NCBI GenBank assembly: GCA_028688375.1
Contig: JAQTYG010000002.1
Coordinates: forward strand, 3,841-67,840
Reading direction: 5' to 3'
DNA: 64,000 nucleotides
DNA from: Patescibacteria group bacterium
GTDB lineage: Bacteria; Patescibacteriota; Patescibacteriia; Magasanikbacterales; GWA2-37-8
Shown piece by piece: positions 37,170 through 48,005 of this stretch (position 1 is the stretch's first letter; every line of letters begins with the position of its first letter). The notes below the pieces were generated by a model that saw only the letters and a list, made by a program, of their open reading frames with translations, was not told the origin of the DNA and did not search any database. A program made the position numbers and the translations under genes.

Positions 37170-38153
37170 TTATCTATTAAAAAATTTTCCGACGTGATGG
37201 ATAATACGGCTGACGATACCCTCGTGGTGCATCTTCATGAATAAATACATCCAGACGCTGGTATAGAAAGTATTATAGAGCGCGCCGAACAAGGCGATGA
37301 TGAACAGCAGAACAACCATGCCAAAAATCGCGCCGAATAGGGCCAAGGCGGCGTTGCCGACCGCGCCGGCAAACATCCAGATAAACAGCGCCGGTAAAAA
37401 CGCGAAGGAGAAAATCACGGCAAAGAACATGATTAACAACATGTCCAAAAGGGTCAACACCAAACTGATTTCCAAGGAAACCAATAAATGTTCATGGAAG
37501 AGCTCCCAGCCTTTTTTATAGGCGGAAGTGAGCGATTTTCCGTCGATAACCGTGTAGCCGGAGGCGAAAATAGAAACCGCCGAAATAACCCAGCCCAAGA
37601 ACACGGCAAAAATCAGCATGATGGTGTCCAAGATAAAACTCCATTGGCTGATATCTGACGGCAAGACATACCAGATAATACCGAAGACCAAACCAATCAG
37701 TCCCAAGGCGATTTTCCGTAAAACTTCTATGGTTAATATTTTCCAAAAATATTTTAATCCCGAGTTCCAGATTTTTCCCAGCTTGGGGATGGCTTTATTT
37801 TTGTAATAATCGGCGGTGGCGATTAACAGGGCGGCTTTAGCGGTGACAGAAATAAAGATAACCGCGACTGCCACAATTAACATGATGCCGACAAGCCAGA
37901 TCAACCCGATAATCACGGATACGTCGGGATGGGGGATGGTAGGCAAGTATAATCGCGCGAACCAGGCGCCGCGGGCGTTCGTGCTCATCGTCACCATTAA
38001 TTGGGCGAGAAAGTTACCCATGCCGAAAGAACCGGCGAACAAAACCGACAACAGCCCCAGTAGCCAAAGTGAAGTATTCTTAAAAACCAATTGCCAGGCC
38101 TCTTTTAACGCTTGGCGATAGGTGGGTTCGTGCATAAAATTAACGGTTAACAA
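37170..38153 (-). CDS. multi-pass membrane protein, hypothetical
   Basis: Six to seven hydrophobic helices. Confidence 0.7.
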   Translation of the reverse strand: MLTVNFMHEPTYRQALKEAWQLVFKNTSLWLLGLLSVLFAGSFGMGNFLAQLMVTMSTNARGAWFARLYLPTIPHPDVSVIIGLIWLVGIMLIVAVAVIFISVTAKAALLIATADYYKNKAIPKLGKIWNSGLKYFWKILTIEVLRKIALGLIGLVFGIIWYVLPSDISQWSFILDTIMLIFAVFLGWVISAVSIFASGYTVIDGKSLTSAYKKGWELFHEHLLVSLEISLVLTLLDMLLIMFFAVIFSFAFLPALFIWMFAGAVGNAALALFGAIFGMVVLLFIIALFGALYNTFYTSVWMYLFMKMHHEGIVSRIIHHVGKFFNR

Positions 38154-38274
38154 TGATAAATGCTACCGCTATTATTATACCACAAAATCGCGGTTTTTTG
38201 CACCAACCCCTTGCCCGCATTATTCCTCTGTGATATATTTCCCTTACTAAAAACTATCTTTTGTCACTTATCCT

Positions 38275-40056
38275 ATGATTAATCTTGAAACCATGCGCCA
38301 TTCCTGCGCCCATTTGGTGGCCGCGGCGGCGCAAGAGTTATACCCCGAAGCCAAATTTGGTGTCGGGCCCACGGTGGAAAACGGCTTTTATTATGATATT
38401 GATTTCGGCGAGCCGATTACCGAAGAAGACCTGGGCCGGATCGAGGCCAGAGCCAAAGGCCTGATCAAGAAAGGGGTTGATTTTACCAAAGAAGAAATGG
38501 ATATAGACGAGGCGATAAAAATGTTCAAAAAAATGGGACAGGTATATAAGGCGGAACTGTTGAACGATTTGAAAACCAAAGGCACGACTAAAGTGGGCGA
38601 GGACGCCGAAGCGGAATTATCCGGTGACACTGTAACGATTTATCGCACCGGTGAATTCGTGGATTTATGCCGGGGTCCGCACTTAAAATCCACCAAAGAT
38701 ATCGGTGTTTTCAAATTAACCAAATTAGCCGGCGCTTACTGGCGGGGGAAAAGCGAAAATCCGCAGCTGCAACGCATTTATGGCGTCTGTTTTGCCAAAC
38801 AAAAAGAGTTGGATGAATATTTGGCCATGCTGGCCGAAGCGGAAAAACGCGACCACCGAAAAATCGGCGCGGAGCAGGATTTATTTTTCATTGACGACCT
38901 GGTCGGCAAAGGTTTGGTGATGTGGCAACCAAATGGCACGATAATTAGAAACGAAGTGGAAAAATTGGTGGTGGAAAAAGAAAGAGCCGCCGGCTACGTT
39001 CGGGTGGCCACGCCACACATGGCTAAAGAAGAGTTATTTTTGACTTCCGGCCACCTGCCTTACTATAAAGATAGCATGTATCCGCCGATGGTGATGGACG
39101 ACGGCACTTATTATATGAAAGCGATGAATTGCCCGCATCACCATTTGATTTATCGCCACAATTTGCGCAGCTATCGCGAATTGCCGTTGCGCTTGGCCGA
39201 ATATGGCACTTGTTATCGCAACGAATTATCCGGTACGTTAGCCGGGCTGTTGCGTGTGCGCGGCTTGACCATGAACGACGCGCATATTTATTGCCGCAAA
39301 GACCAGATCAAACAGGAATTTAAAGGCGTGCTGGATTTAACCGTCGGATATTATAAAATTTTCGGATTTCAAGATTATTGGTTCCGTTTGTCCAAGTGGA
39401 GCCCGAAGCATTTGGATAAATATGTTAATGAGCCGGCTAATTGGGAATACGCGGAAAGTGTTATCCGCGAAGTGCTGAAAGAAGCGGGAGTAAAGTTTGT
39501 GGAAGTGGATGACGAGGCCTCGTTTTACGGCCCGAAGGTGGATATCCAGTTTAAATCCGTGATCGGCCGTGAAGAATCGCTATCCACTATTCAATTGGAT
39601 TTCGTCGCCAAGAAAAGATTTGATCTGAACTATACCGATGATACCGGTAAAGAAAACAATGAGATTTTTGTTATTCATCGCGCGCCGCTTTCCACGCATG
39701 AAAGATTTTTGGCGTTTTTGATTGAGCACTACGCCGGCATCTGGCCGGTGTGGCTGGCGCCGGTCCAGGTGCGCTTTGTGTCCGTTTCTGAAAACCACGC
39801 GGAGGGAGCGCGAAAATTGCGTGATGAATTTTTTAACGCCGGCATTCGCGCCGACATTGATACGGCTGACGAAACCTTAGGCAATCGCGTGCGTAAAGCG
39901 GTTGGCGCTAAAATTCCGTATATCGTGGTCGTGGGCGATAAAGAATTGTCGGGCGAGGATTGGATGATTCGCGTGCGCGGACAAGAGAAGCAGGAGAAAA
40001 TGAGCCAAGCGGAATTTATGGCGCGGTTGGACAAAGAGATCGCAGAAAGAATATAA
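38275..40056 (+). CDS. thrS: threonine--tRNA ligase
   Basis: RHSCAH, DLCRGPH, RDHRKIG, KAMNCPHH, FYGPKVD. Confidence 0.98.
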   Translation: MINLETMRHSCAHLVAAAAQELYPEAKFGVGPTVENGFYYDIDFGEPITEEDLGRIEARAKGLIKKGVDFTKEEMDIDEAIKMFKKMGQVYKAELLNDLKTKGTTKVGEDAEAELSGDTVTIYRTGEFVDLCRGPHLKSTKDIGVFKLTKLAGAYWRGKSENPQLQRIYGVCFAKQKELDEYLAMLAEAEKRDHRKIGAEQDLFFIDDLVGKGLVMWQPNGTIIRNEVEKLVVEKERAAGYVRVATPHMAKEELFLTSGHLPYYKDSMYPPMVMDDGTYYMKAMNCPHHHLIYRHNLRSYRELPLRLAEYGTCYRNELSGTLAGLLRVRGLTMNDAHIYCRKDQIKQEFKGVLDLTVGYYKIFGFQDYWFRLSKWSPKHLDKYVNEPANWEYAESVIREVLKEAGVKFVEVDDEASFYGPKVDIQFKSVIGREESLSTIQLDFVAKKRFDLNYTDDTGKENNEIFVIHRAPLSTHERFLAFLIEHYAGIWPVWLAPVQVRFVSVSENHAEGARKLRDEFFNAGIRADIDTADETLGNRVRKAVGAKIPYIVVVGDKELSGEDWMIRVRGQEKQEKMSQAEFMARLDKEIAERI

Positions 40057-40108
40057 AAATTCCCCAAAACAAAATCTCCCCATAATGGGGAGATTTTTAT
40101 TTGGAAAT

Positions 40109-40366
40109 TTAGGCGGCTCTTTTTTTGAGAAGTGTTTCGATGGCGGCGGCCTCTTTGGGGTTTTTCCCACGCCAGATATTCAATTCAGCTTCTCTGGCTT
40201 CTTCCGGAAGCTGAAGAAGGAAATTCATCGCTTTTTCGATATCTTCGTCAGAGACCCAAGAGTCCTTTTCTAACGGGTCATCAACCATTCTTGTCGCTTC
40301 CGCTTTTTGGGCGGCGGCTCTATTTTCCACATAGGGATTAACCGGTATTTTTTCTCCGTTGGTCAT
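40109..40366 (-). CDS. hypothetical protein
   Basis: ATG start; ends near the bidirectional terminator after thrS. Confidence 0.5.
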   Translation of the reverse strand: MTNGEKIPVNPYVENRAAAQKAEATRMVDDPLEKDSWVSDEDIEKAMNFLLQLPEEAREAELNIWRGKNPKEAAAIETLLKKRAA

Positions 40367-40519
40367 ATGTTTGGTATTTAAGACTAATTTTTAGCTTAAT
40401 TTAGCCAAATTACCCTTATAGTATAGCACAATTTGAGGGTTTTGTCAAGACTATTGACATTTTTCGCTTTTTCTGCTATTGTATATAGTTCGCAGTTCAT
40501 TTTGTGAAGGGAGGAAAAC

Positions 40520-40993
40520 ATGTCTAGCCAAAATTTCTCGGCTGCGCGACAGCCGTTAAAAGCTGACGGCGATTCCGAAATCGATGACGGCAAATTGGTT
40601 CTGCTCGGCACGCGCCAAGAGGCCATCAGAACCATCAAACTGCTACACCCAGTTTACTGGTCGTGGCAGGAAAGGGAACTGACCATTGAATTCGAGATCC
40701 CGCCGGTTTGCCAGCCGTTCTCCGCTCCGGAGAGGCGTGGCCAGAAGCTGTTTCGGTGGGTCAACAACATCGTGGCTGGCGCCCACTTTTGGACCATTGT
40801 GGACGTCAAGGAGGCGTGGAGTTCGAGAGGAATGCTCATGGTTGTTTTCGAGGTTTGCGAATGGCCGGAGCATTTCACCGAAGAGTACTACCGCTCCGCT
40901 CGGCGCGACACCATCCCGCCCCCCGCTCCGCCGCCCGAGATGGACGCTCCACCCGCCACGGGATCGCCTCTGGAATACTTTTTCAAGAGGTGA
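40520..40993 (+). CDS. hypothetical GC-rich protein
   Basis: Promoter TTGACA(40454)-17-TATTGT, GGAGG SD, terminator-like hairpin 41012-41047. Confidence 0.65.
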   Translation: MSSQNFSAARQPLKADGDSEIDDGKLVLLGTRQEAIRTIKLLHPVYWSWQERELTIEFEIPPVCQPFSAPERRGQKLFRWVNNIVAGAHFWTIVDVKEAWSSRGMLMVVFEVCEWPEHFTEEYYRSARRDTIPPPAPPPEMDAPPATGSPLEYFFKR

Positions 40994-41109
40994 GGCAAGA
41001 CATGGCTACGCGACGCCGGCCCAAAGTTTGGGCCGGCGTTTTCTTTTTCGTGGGCATCTTGCCAAGCGTTGAAAATGGAGATAGAATATGTTTTCGCGGT
41101 AGATTAAAT

Positions 41110-42429
41110 ATGAGTAAGAAATTTTTTATTTTAACCCTCGGCTGTCAGATGAATAAAAACGATTCCGAACGGATCGCCGGTCTTTTGTCGTCTTTGGGTT
41201 TTACCGCGGTTGATAAACCGGAAGCGGGGGACGTACTGATCTTAAACACTTGTAGCGTCCGCCAAGCGGCCGAAGACAGGGTTTGCGGCTTAGTGTTGAA
41301 TTGGCAAGAGTTGCGTCGAACTAATCCCGATTTAATTATTGCCGTGACCGGCTGTCTGCCCGGCCGGGATAAAGACGGCCGTTTGCGCCGTAAGATTCCC
41401 GGGGTTGATTTGTGGTTCGGCATTGATGAATTACCGCGTTTGCCGGTTTGGTTGAAAGAATTAAATTCGGCTCCGGCGGAAAAAGATTATTTGGCCATCG
41501 CGCCATTGCGCCAGTCGCCGGCGCAGGCCTTTGTCACTATTCAAACCGGTTGTAATAATTTCTGCACTTATTGCGTGGTGCCGTCTGCTCGCGGGCGTGA
41601 ACGCAATCGGCCGGTGAAAGATATTTTAGCCGAGACGCGCGCTTTCGCGGTTGGGGGTGGATTGGAGATTACTTTGCTCGGGCAAACCGTGAATCATTAT
41701 CTCGCGCCGGATCCGGAAAGTTTTTGTAAAAATAATCCGTTTAAAGAGCGCGATGATTTTTCCGCTTTGCTCTGGGAATTAAATCAAATCGCCGGAATCA
41801 GACGTATTCATTTTACCGCGCCGGATCCGCAGTATATTAACGACGCGCAAATTGAAGCGTTGAAATTGTCTAAACAAATGAATTATATTCATTTGCCGGC
41901 GCAGAGCGGGGATAATGAAATTTTGCGAAAAATGAATCGGAAATATACGCGCGAGCAATACGTTGAAGCGATTAAGAAAATTCGCGCCGCCCGGCCGGAC
42001 ATCGCCATCGGCGCCGATTTGATCGTCGGTTTTTGCGGCGAGACGGCCGAACAATTTAAAAACACGCTGGATTTATACCAAGAATGCGATTTGGATATTT
42101 CCTATAACGCGATGTACTCGGAGCGTTCCGGTACGCCGGCAGCCCGGGCGTTTAAAGATGACGTGCCACGCGCGATAAAAAAACAGCGCTGGGACGAACT
42201 GCAAGAGCTGATGGAAAAACAAGCGCTGAGAAAAAATCAAAAGTATGTGGGGCAAACGGTGGAAGTGCTGGTGGAGAATTGTGAAGCCGGTTTGTGTTCG
42301 GGCAATTCTCGCGAGATGAAATTCACGCAATTTTTGGGTACGCCTGATTTGGTCGACCAGATTATTAATGTTAAAATATTTGAAGCCAAGGAGTGGGTGT
42401 TGAAGGGTGAAAATCCCAAATTTCAATGA
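41110..42429 (+). CDS. miaB: tRNA methylthiotransferase MiaB
   Basis: TLGCQMN..DSE, NTCSVR, CNNFCTYC radical SAM motif, TRAM; adjacent to miaA; ORF-track start 40708 is too long. Confidence 0.9.
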   Translation: MSKKFFILTLGCQMNKNDSERIAGLLSSLGFTAVDKPEAGDVLILNTCSVRQAAEDRVCGLVLNWQELRRTNPDLIIAVTGCLPGRDKDGRLRRKIPGVDLWFGIDELPRLPVWLKELNSAPAEKDYLAIAPLRQSPAQAFVTIQTGCNNFCTYCVVPSARGRERNRPVKDILAETRAFAVGGGLEITLLGQTVNHYLAPDPESFCKNNPFKERDDFSALLWELNQIAGIRRIHFTAPDPQYINDAQIEALKLSKQMNYIHLPAQSGDNEILRKMNRKYTREQYVEAIKKIRAARPDIAIGADLIVGFCGETAEQFKNTLDLYQECDLDISYNAMYSERSGTPAARAFKDDVPRAIKKQRWDELQELMEKQALRKNQKYVGQTVEVLVENCEAGLCSGNSREMKFTQFLGTPDLVDQIINVKIFEAKEWVLKGENPKFQ

Positions 42430-42592
42430 CCAAATAAGATATAGCCAAAATTCCAAACCCCAAAATCAAACAATTAAATCGGGTTATAATTTGGGATTTA
42501 GAATTTATTTGGGTTTTGGGAATTGGGAATTGAGATTTTGTAAAGTTGATTGGAAATTTGTTTTTTTATTTATACTTTGATTTTTATTGAGT

Positions 42593-43525
42593 ATGTCTAA
42601 TTTGCCGAAGATTATTGGCATAGTTGGTCCGACCGCGTCCGGTAAAACGGCGTTGAGTTTGGCTTTGGCAAAGACATATAACGGCGAAATTGTGAACGCT
42701 GATTCACGGCAGGTATATAAAGGAATGGATATCGGAACGGCGAAAGTGATGGATGACGGAAAGCAGAAAACAGAAAACAGAAAACAGAGCGAGTACATTG
42801 TTGGGGGCATCGCGCACCACCTGATTGACATTGTAAATCCGGACGAGGAATTTACTTTGGCGCATTACAAGAAGTTGGCTTTCGAGGCGATTGATGATAT
42901 TTTAAAACGCGGTAAATTGCCGATTATTGTCGGCGGTACCGGTTTATACGTTTGGGCGATTGTTGATAACCTGGATATTCCGGCGGTGGCGCCGAATTTG
43001 GAATTGCGGGCGGAACTGGAGAAAAAAAGTTTGCCGGAATTGGCGCTGATGTTGAAAAAGGCGGACTCATCATCAGCAGAAAAAATTGATTTGAAAAATC
43101 CGCGCCGGGTATTGCGCGCTTTGGAAATAGCGCTATCCTCCGAAGGATTATCCGCCGGAAAACAAAAGAAATTTGCGCCGAAGTACGATGCTTTGCAAAT
43201 CGGCTTAAGTGTGGAACGCGAGGAGCTAATTCGCCGGATAAATAATCGCGTGGACGATCAAATTAAGGACGGGCTACTGGAGGAAGTGGCGGTTTTGGCG
43301 AAAAAATATCCCTGGACGTTGCCGGCCATGAGCGGTATTGGCTATCGGCAGGTCGGGTATTATCTGCGCGGTGAAATATCGCTCGGTGAAGCCGGGGAAG
43401 AAATAAAAAAGGCCACACGCCAATATGCCAAGCGTCAGATGACGTGGTTCAAGCGCGATAAAAGAATTAAGTGGGTGGAGGAAACACCAGCAGCCGAAGA
43501 ATTAGTAAAAGAATTTATCAAATAA
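42593..43525 (+). CDS. miaA: tRNA dimethylallyltransferase
   Basis: GPTASGKT, DSRQVY.GMDIGTAK, VGGTGLY, YAKRQMTWF. Confidence 0.97.
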   Translation: MSNLPKIIGIVGPTASGKTALSLALAKTYNGEIVNADSRQVYKGMDIGTAKVMDDGKQKTENRKQSEYIVGGIAHHLIDIVNPDEEFTLAHYKKLAFEAIDDILKRGKLPIIVGGTGLYVWAIVDNLDIPAVAPNLELRAELEKKSLPELALMLKKADSSSAEKIDLKNPRRVLRALEIALSSEGLSAGKQKKFAPKYDALQIGLSVEREELIRRINNRVDDQIKDGLLEEVAVLAKKYPWTLPAMSGIGYRQVGYYLRGEISLGEAGEEIKKATRQYAKRQMTWFKRDKRIKWVEETPAAEELVKEFIK

Positions 43526-43565
43526 AAAACCGTCAGCCCAAGGCCGGCGGTTTTTTATTTTATTT

Positions 43566-45464
43566 TTATTCTGTCTTCAACGGCGTCTCATCGCCCATAA
43601 ATTCAATCGTTTGTCCGGTCACCGTGTCCTCGGCTTTAACGCGGACTTTGGAAATTAGCGCGCTTTGCGTGGGATTTTTTTTGTTTATGGTGATGGTGAA
43701 GGGCAGGGCTAAAATGTCCACGCTTTCCGGCATTTCCGCTATTGTCCAAGTAATTTTTTGGGTGTCAGCGTCGTAAACGACAGCGCCGGCCGGAGTGGGC
43801 GAGACCGAGGTAAAGCCGACATCGCCGAAAAGCGTCGCGGAAAGTTCCAGGTTTTTGAGCGGATGGAAATTATTGGTGACAATCCAATTAATTTCCCGCG
43901 TTTCCAAACCGTTTTCCATCGCCGCCGTATCGCGTGATTCAAAAGCCAGATCGGAATTAAGAGTGATGACAATCGGATTGCCGGATAGAATTCTTTGTTG
44001 GCCGGTTTTATCTTTATAGACCACCTCGGTCAAGGCTTCTATCTTGAATTCGGTAAGGCCGGACAAATCAAAAACGCGCGCGTCTTTGACCGGCAGGCGC
44101 AAATCGATGGTTATTTCATCGTTCGGTTTTATTTCCGTCAAAGCCGGCAAATGGCTGCTCGTCCAGACGATTTGTCCGCGACGCATCGTGTCGCTGATCT
44201 GTTCACCCGTAACATCGCCGTCGAGTTTATCGTCCAACTCCGCCCAATTAAGGGCGCTTTGTTTTTTTAATGCCGGAGAATTTAGCGCCAGTTTAATTGA
44301 CGCGTTTTTCATTGTGTCTCTAGAGGTGTTTTTCAGATAAAGGGTCATGTTCAAAACATCTCCGGGTTGACTGCCCAAATCGGTCATGGTGCCGTTGATG
44401 GCTAAACTGAAAGTTAAACTGTTTTTGAGCAGGTCAGTGCTTAAGCCGGCCGCGCCAATGGAGTAAAGTCGGCCGTTCGGTCCGAAAGGCAGGCGGACAT
44501 CAGCGCTAATTTGCGCCACGGCGCTGTCTTCAAAGTTGACGCCGACCTCGCTGTATTTGCCGGAAATTTTGAAAATTATTTCCGGAGTGGAAGTGGCGCG
44601 AGCAATCACCCAGGTGCTATCTTTGCCGATCGCCGGAGTGGAAGAAGAGATATAAAAATTTGTCGGGAAGGTGGGCGCGACGATTAATTTGTTTGGCTGC
44701 CAATCCCCGTCATTTTTTAGCGTAAAAATATATTCGGCGCTATCGCCGATAGCCACTTTATCCGGACCGGAAATACCGATGGAAAAAGGCGAGACGGTAA
44801 TTTTTGTTTCCAGAGTGGCATTGGCCTGCATTTCCGAATTAAAATTTTCCGGCTGGTAATTGACAAAAATTCTCCAAGAATTTTTTTGGTCCAGCGCGCC
44901 GAAATTGGTGCCGGTAATTTTGATTTCGCCGTCGGCGTTCGGCGCGATGTCGCCGATGTTCCACTGGGTGTGTCCGGCATTAGACGCCGGTTTGTCGCTG
45001 TTCAAGAAAACAAAACTTTCCGGATAATTAACCGTCAGAACGGCGTTTTTTAACGTAATTTTTTGCCGATTGGTATAAGTAATGGTGTAGGTAGTGGTGG
45101 CGGCGATGTTTAGATCGGTCGGACCGGTAATGCGCAAAGTCAGCTCTTTTCCGTTCACCCCCGTGCGATTGGGGAGATAAAAGAAACCGGCCCAAGCCGC
45201 CGCGGCCATTAAAGCCAGCACGAAGAGTCCGGTAAAAAAATTACGCGCCGCCGGATGGCGTTTTTTAATTTTGATTTCTCTCATATTTGGCATTTTTCCA
45301 TTGTCCTCATAAATCGATTCCAATTCGCGGTCAATGCGCATCTTTTTGCTTTTGCCGATTCGGTCATCCCAGTGCGATTCAATTTTTTTTCGCCGGATTA
45401 TTTTTTTGCGCTTAGGTTTTTCCTCGCCGATTTCGTGAGAGACAAATTTTGTTTCTTCCGCCAT
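43566..45464 (-). CDS. membrane-anchored protein with Ig-like/DUF11-type domains
   Basis: Single TM then repeated beta-rich 'YTITY.N...L...W.IG.I.P' units. Confidence 0.65.
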   Translation of the reverse strand: MAEETKFVSHEIGEEKPKRKKIIRRKKIESHWDDRIGKSKKMRIDRELESIYEDNGKMPNMREIKIKKRHPAARNFFTGLFVLALMAAAAWAGFFYLPNRTGVNGKELTLRITGPTDLNIAATTTYTITYTNRQKITLKNAVLTVNYPESFVFLNSDKPASNAGHTQWNIGDIAPNADGEIKITGTNFGALDQKNSWRIFVNYQPENFNSEMQANATLETKITVSPFSIGISGPDKVAIGDSAEYIFTLKNDGDWQPNKLIVAPTFPTNFYISSSTPAIGKDSTWVIARATSTPEIIFKISGKYSEVGVNFEDSAVAQISADVRLPFGPNGRLYSIGAAGLSTDLLKNSLTFSLAINGTMTDLGSQPGDVLNMTLYLKNTSRDTMKNASIKLALNSPALKKQSALNWAELDDKLDGDVTGEQISDTMRRGQIVWTSSHLPALTEIKPNDEITIDLRLPVKDARVFDLSGLTEFKIEALTEVVYKDKTGQQRILSGNPIVITLNSDLAFESRDTAAMENGLETREINWIVTNNFHPLKNLELSATLFGDVGFTSVSPTPAGAVVYDADTQKITWTIAEMPESVDILALPFTITINKKNPTQSALISKVRVKAEDTVTGQTIEFMGDETPLKTE

Positions 45465-45519
45465 ACAATTTTTGGAAAAGAAAAAATTCAGGGGATTGAA
45501 TTTTTTGATTAAAAAGTAA

Positions 45520-47979
45520 TTAATTTTTTTCTTTTTTCATCACTAAACTCCAAACCGTATCACCGGTCAGATCATGCGCGCCGATACCGGCGCCGTTAGA
45601 AGCCAGCGTCATTTCCGCGCCTTCGTTCCAGCTGGGGTGCCACAACGCCGGGTAGATGATCTGGCTTTCGAACGATGACTCTTGCCCTGATTGGCGCTGG
45701 GCGATTAATTGAAAACGGGAAGTTTGGTAGTCCTCCTTCACCAGTTCGTTAAAAATATTTTTTTCCGTCGGCGCGGTAGGCGCGAAAACTTTGCCGGGCA
45801 GGCGGTAGGTGAATTGTATTTGGCGCGTTTCTCCCGGCTCCAGAATCAGCCAATTGCCGAAAACGGTTTTGCCGAATTCTTCGGTCAAGCGCGTGCCGGT
45901 GCGCTCGTCAAAACCGATTTCTTTTTCCATTTGATTTAGCCAAACATCTTTTGTGGTCCATGAATCCGGCGCGCGAAATTTGCGTTCATCAGGCCAAACA
46001 AAACCCCCGGCGCTAATCAGTTCGCTACCGAGAGGCGTATAAACGCGGATGTAATCAATATTGGTTTGGCCATAAAGTTTTTCTCCGGGCGTGCCGGCGT
46101 GTGAACGGGTGATTACCACTGTATCAATCACACTGCCGTCATCTTGCACGATGGCCTGATGGCTGATCGTTTGTTTTATTTCAGCGTCGGATTTTTGCCC
46201 TTGGATGTTGGCGTTCACCACCATTAAATAATCTTGGTTGGCGGTGGTCGGCAAGAGCTGTCCGCTCCAACCGAAAGATTTTACGGTTTCTTCCGAGTCG
46301 GTATCGGTGAAATAAGCTTGGATTTCTTTTTGTTCCAATGATTCCGACAGGTTAACCAACAGCGGCATGATTTGCTCCGGAGTGACTCCGTCGAGATAAC
46401 TTAAAAATTGCGGCGCCAGATCGGAGAGGATTTGTTTTGGTTTGTTCGCTTCTTTTTCCGGGCCTTCTTCCACCACTTTTTGTATGGTGGCGACGGCATT
46501 ATCGGCGGCAAGAGTCAGCCCTCTTTTTTCGTCTATAATCGGTCCGAAGACAGCCAACAAACGTTCCAGCACGCTGGCGTTGACGGCGATCACGCCATCG
46601 GCGGTGATTTGCCGAGAGTGGCGGTAGAACCAGAGCATTTTTTCGGCGCTGGCCGGGAAGTCCGGGAACCAGTTGGCGTCTTGGAATTCCCAGCGCTTAT
46701 TTGACAATAACAAGGGAGCGGGCGGTTCCACGAATTGATCCAGCTGACCCTGCAAATCATAGGCTCCGCCGGCCGGAATTTCCATGTGAACTATTTTCCC
46801 GTCTTTGATATCCAGCAGGGCGAAACTGCCGAGGAAGCCGCCGGTCGGGCGGATTTCGTGGGGGTTTTGGAAGACCACCAAATAACGACGCAGGCCCTTT
46901 CCGCCGAATATTTCTTCCACCGCGGTGCCCAGGTCGGACAGATTTTTTAGGTCGTTCAGCAAGGCGGTGAAAAGAATTTTAAAATCTTTAAACGAGGCCT
47001 GATATTCCACGGGGAGAATGCCGGCGTTTACCGCGCTCAAATCGGCCAGCGCCGCTTCATAGTTAGGTGTGGCGGCGCGAAGATGCTCGGTAATTATTTT
47101 AATTCGCGCGGTCAAGGTAGTGGACGCATTTTTTTGACTGGCGCCCAGGCCTTTGATCAGATAAGTATTGCCCAAAGCGATTTTTTGTCCGGCGGTAATT
47201 AGTTTTTGTCGGCCCTGCACTTCTTTGGAAACGATGGGGACGGTGGAAACGATTTTCTGCAACAATCGGTGATTGTTATTCATCGTGTTAACCGCGTTGT
47301 TAAATTTCCCCAGCGCGTTAACCACGGAATTTTCCGCTCCGGGGATGTCGGCTTGCATAATTGCGGCCGTTGACTCCTGCAGAGCCATAAAGCCCTCGGT
47401 GCCGTTGGCGGCGATTTGTCCGGTGGTGTTTTTTAAACTTTGGTAATAGGAGCTGGCCTTGAAAGGAATGACTAAAATCAAAACGACTAACGCCGTGCGC
47501 CAGGCGATTTGTTGCCAGAAAATCGGCTGATTTTTTATTTTTTTTTCTTTTGTTTTGGTCGCGGCCTTGGTTTCAACCTCAAGCACGCTTTCTTTTTTTA
47601 CCGGCGGGGTTTCTTTAATCAGAGTTTCCAACGCGATCGGTTCCTCCACCGCCGGCTCTTCCACAAGCGGTTCGGTCGCGGCCTCTGCCGGCGGCGCGGA
47701 TTTTTGCTGGTGGTAAGAGTGATAATAAGTAGAATTCTTGGTCGGCGCCGAAGTTTCTATTTTGTGCCAAAACTCGCCCGTCGGTTTTTTTAGATTAATC
47801 AGGTACGGCGAATGTTCCGGCGCGCTGTTTTCATGGATGATGAATTTTATCGGTTGGATAGCGGGGGAGGCGGTCTTGAGCGAACTAAAAAATTCCGGAC
47901 AACGGGATTTATTATGTCCGGGTTTTTTGCAGACAGAACAGACGCGAAGTTGAGGCTTTTTTTCGTCGCGTGGCATCAA
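45520..47979 (-). CDS. DUF4012-domain membrane protein with N-terminal zinc knuckle
   Basis: YLVVFQN..E.RPTGGF.GS, DANWFPDFP.SA; CSVC...GH...C. Confidence 0.8.
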   Translation of the reverse strand: MMPRDEKKPQLRVCSVCKKPGHNKSRCPEFFSSLKTASPAIQPIKFIIHENSAPEHSPYLINLKKPTGEFWHKIETSAPTKNSTYYHSYHQQKSAPPAEAATEPLVEEPAVEEPIALETLIKETPPVKKESVLEVETKAATKTKEKKIKNQPIFWQQIAWRTALVVLILVIPFKASSYYQSLKNTTGQIAANGTEGFMALQESTAAIMQADIPGAENSVVNALGKFNNAVNTMNNNHRLLQKIVSTVPIVSKEVQGRQKLITAGQKIALGNTYLIKGLGASQKNASTTLTARIKIITEHLRAATPNYEAALADLSAVNAGILPVEYQASFKDFKILFTALLNDLKNLSDLGTAVEEIFGGKGLRRYLVVFQNPHEIRPTGGFLGSFALLDIKDGKIVHMEIPAGGAYDLQGQLDQFVEPPAPLLLSNKRWEFQDANWFPDFPASAEKMLWFYRHSRQITADGVIAVNASVLERLLAVFGPIIDEKRGLTLAADNAVATIQKVVEEGPEKEANKPKQILSDLAPQFLSYLDGVTPEQIMPLLVNLSESLEQKEIQAYFTDTDSEETVKSFGWSGQLLPTTANQDYLMVVNANIQGQKSDAEIKQTISHQAIVQDDGSVIDTVVITRSHAGTPGEKLYGQTNIDYIRVYTPLGSELISAGGFVWPDERKFRAPDSWTTKDVWLNQMEKEIGFDERTGTRLTEEFGKTVFGNWLILEPGETRQIQFTYRLPGKVFAPTAPTEKNIFNELVKEDYQTSRFQLIAQRQSGQESSFESQIIYPALWHPSWNEGAEMTLASNGAGIGAHDLTGDTVWSLVMKKEKN

Positions 47980-48005
47980 GGTAAATTAGAGTTTTATTTA
48001 CCTTA

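Noticed and set aside
40708-41109. Long N-terminal extension of MiaB
   Set aside because: Overlaps the 40520-40993 gene and its terminator; MiaB homology starts at 41110
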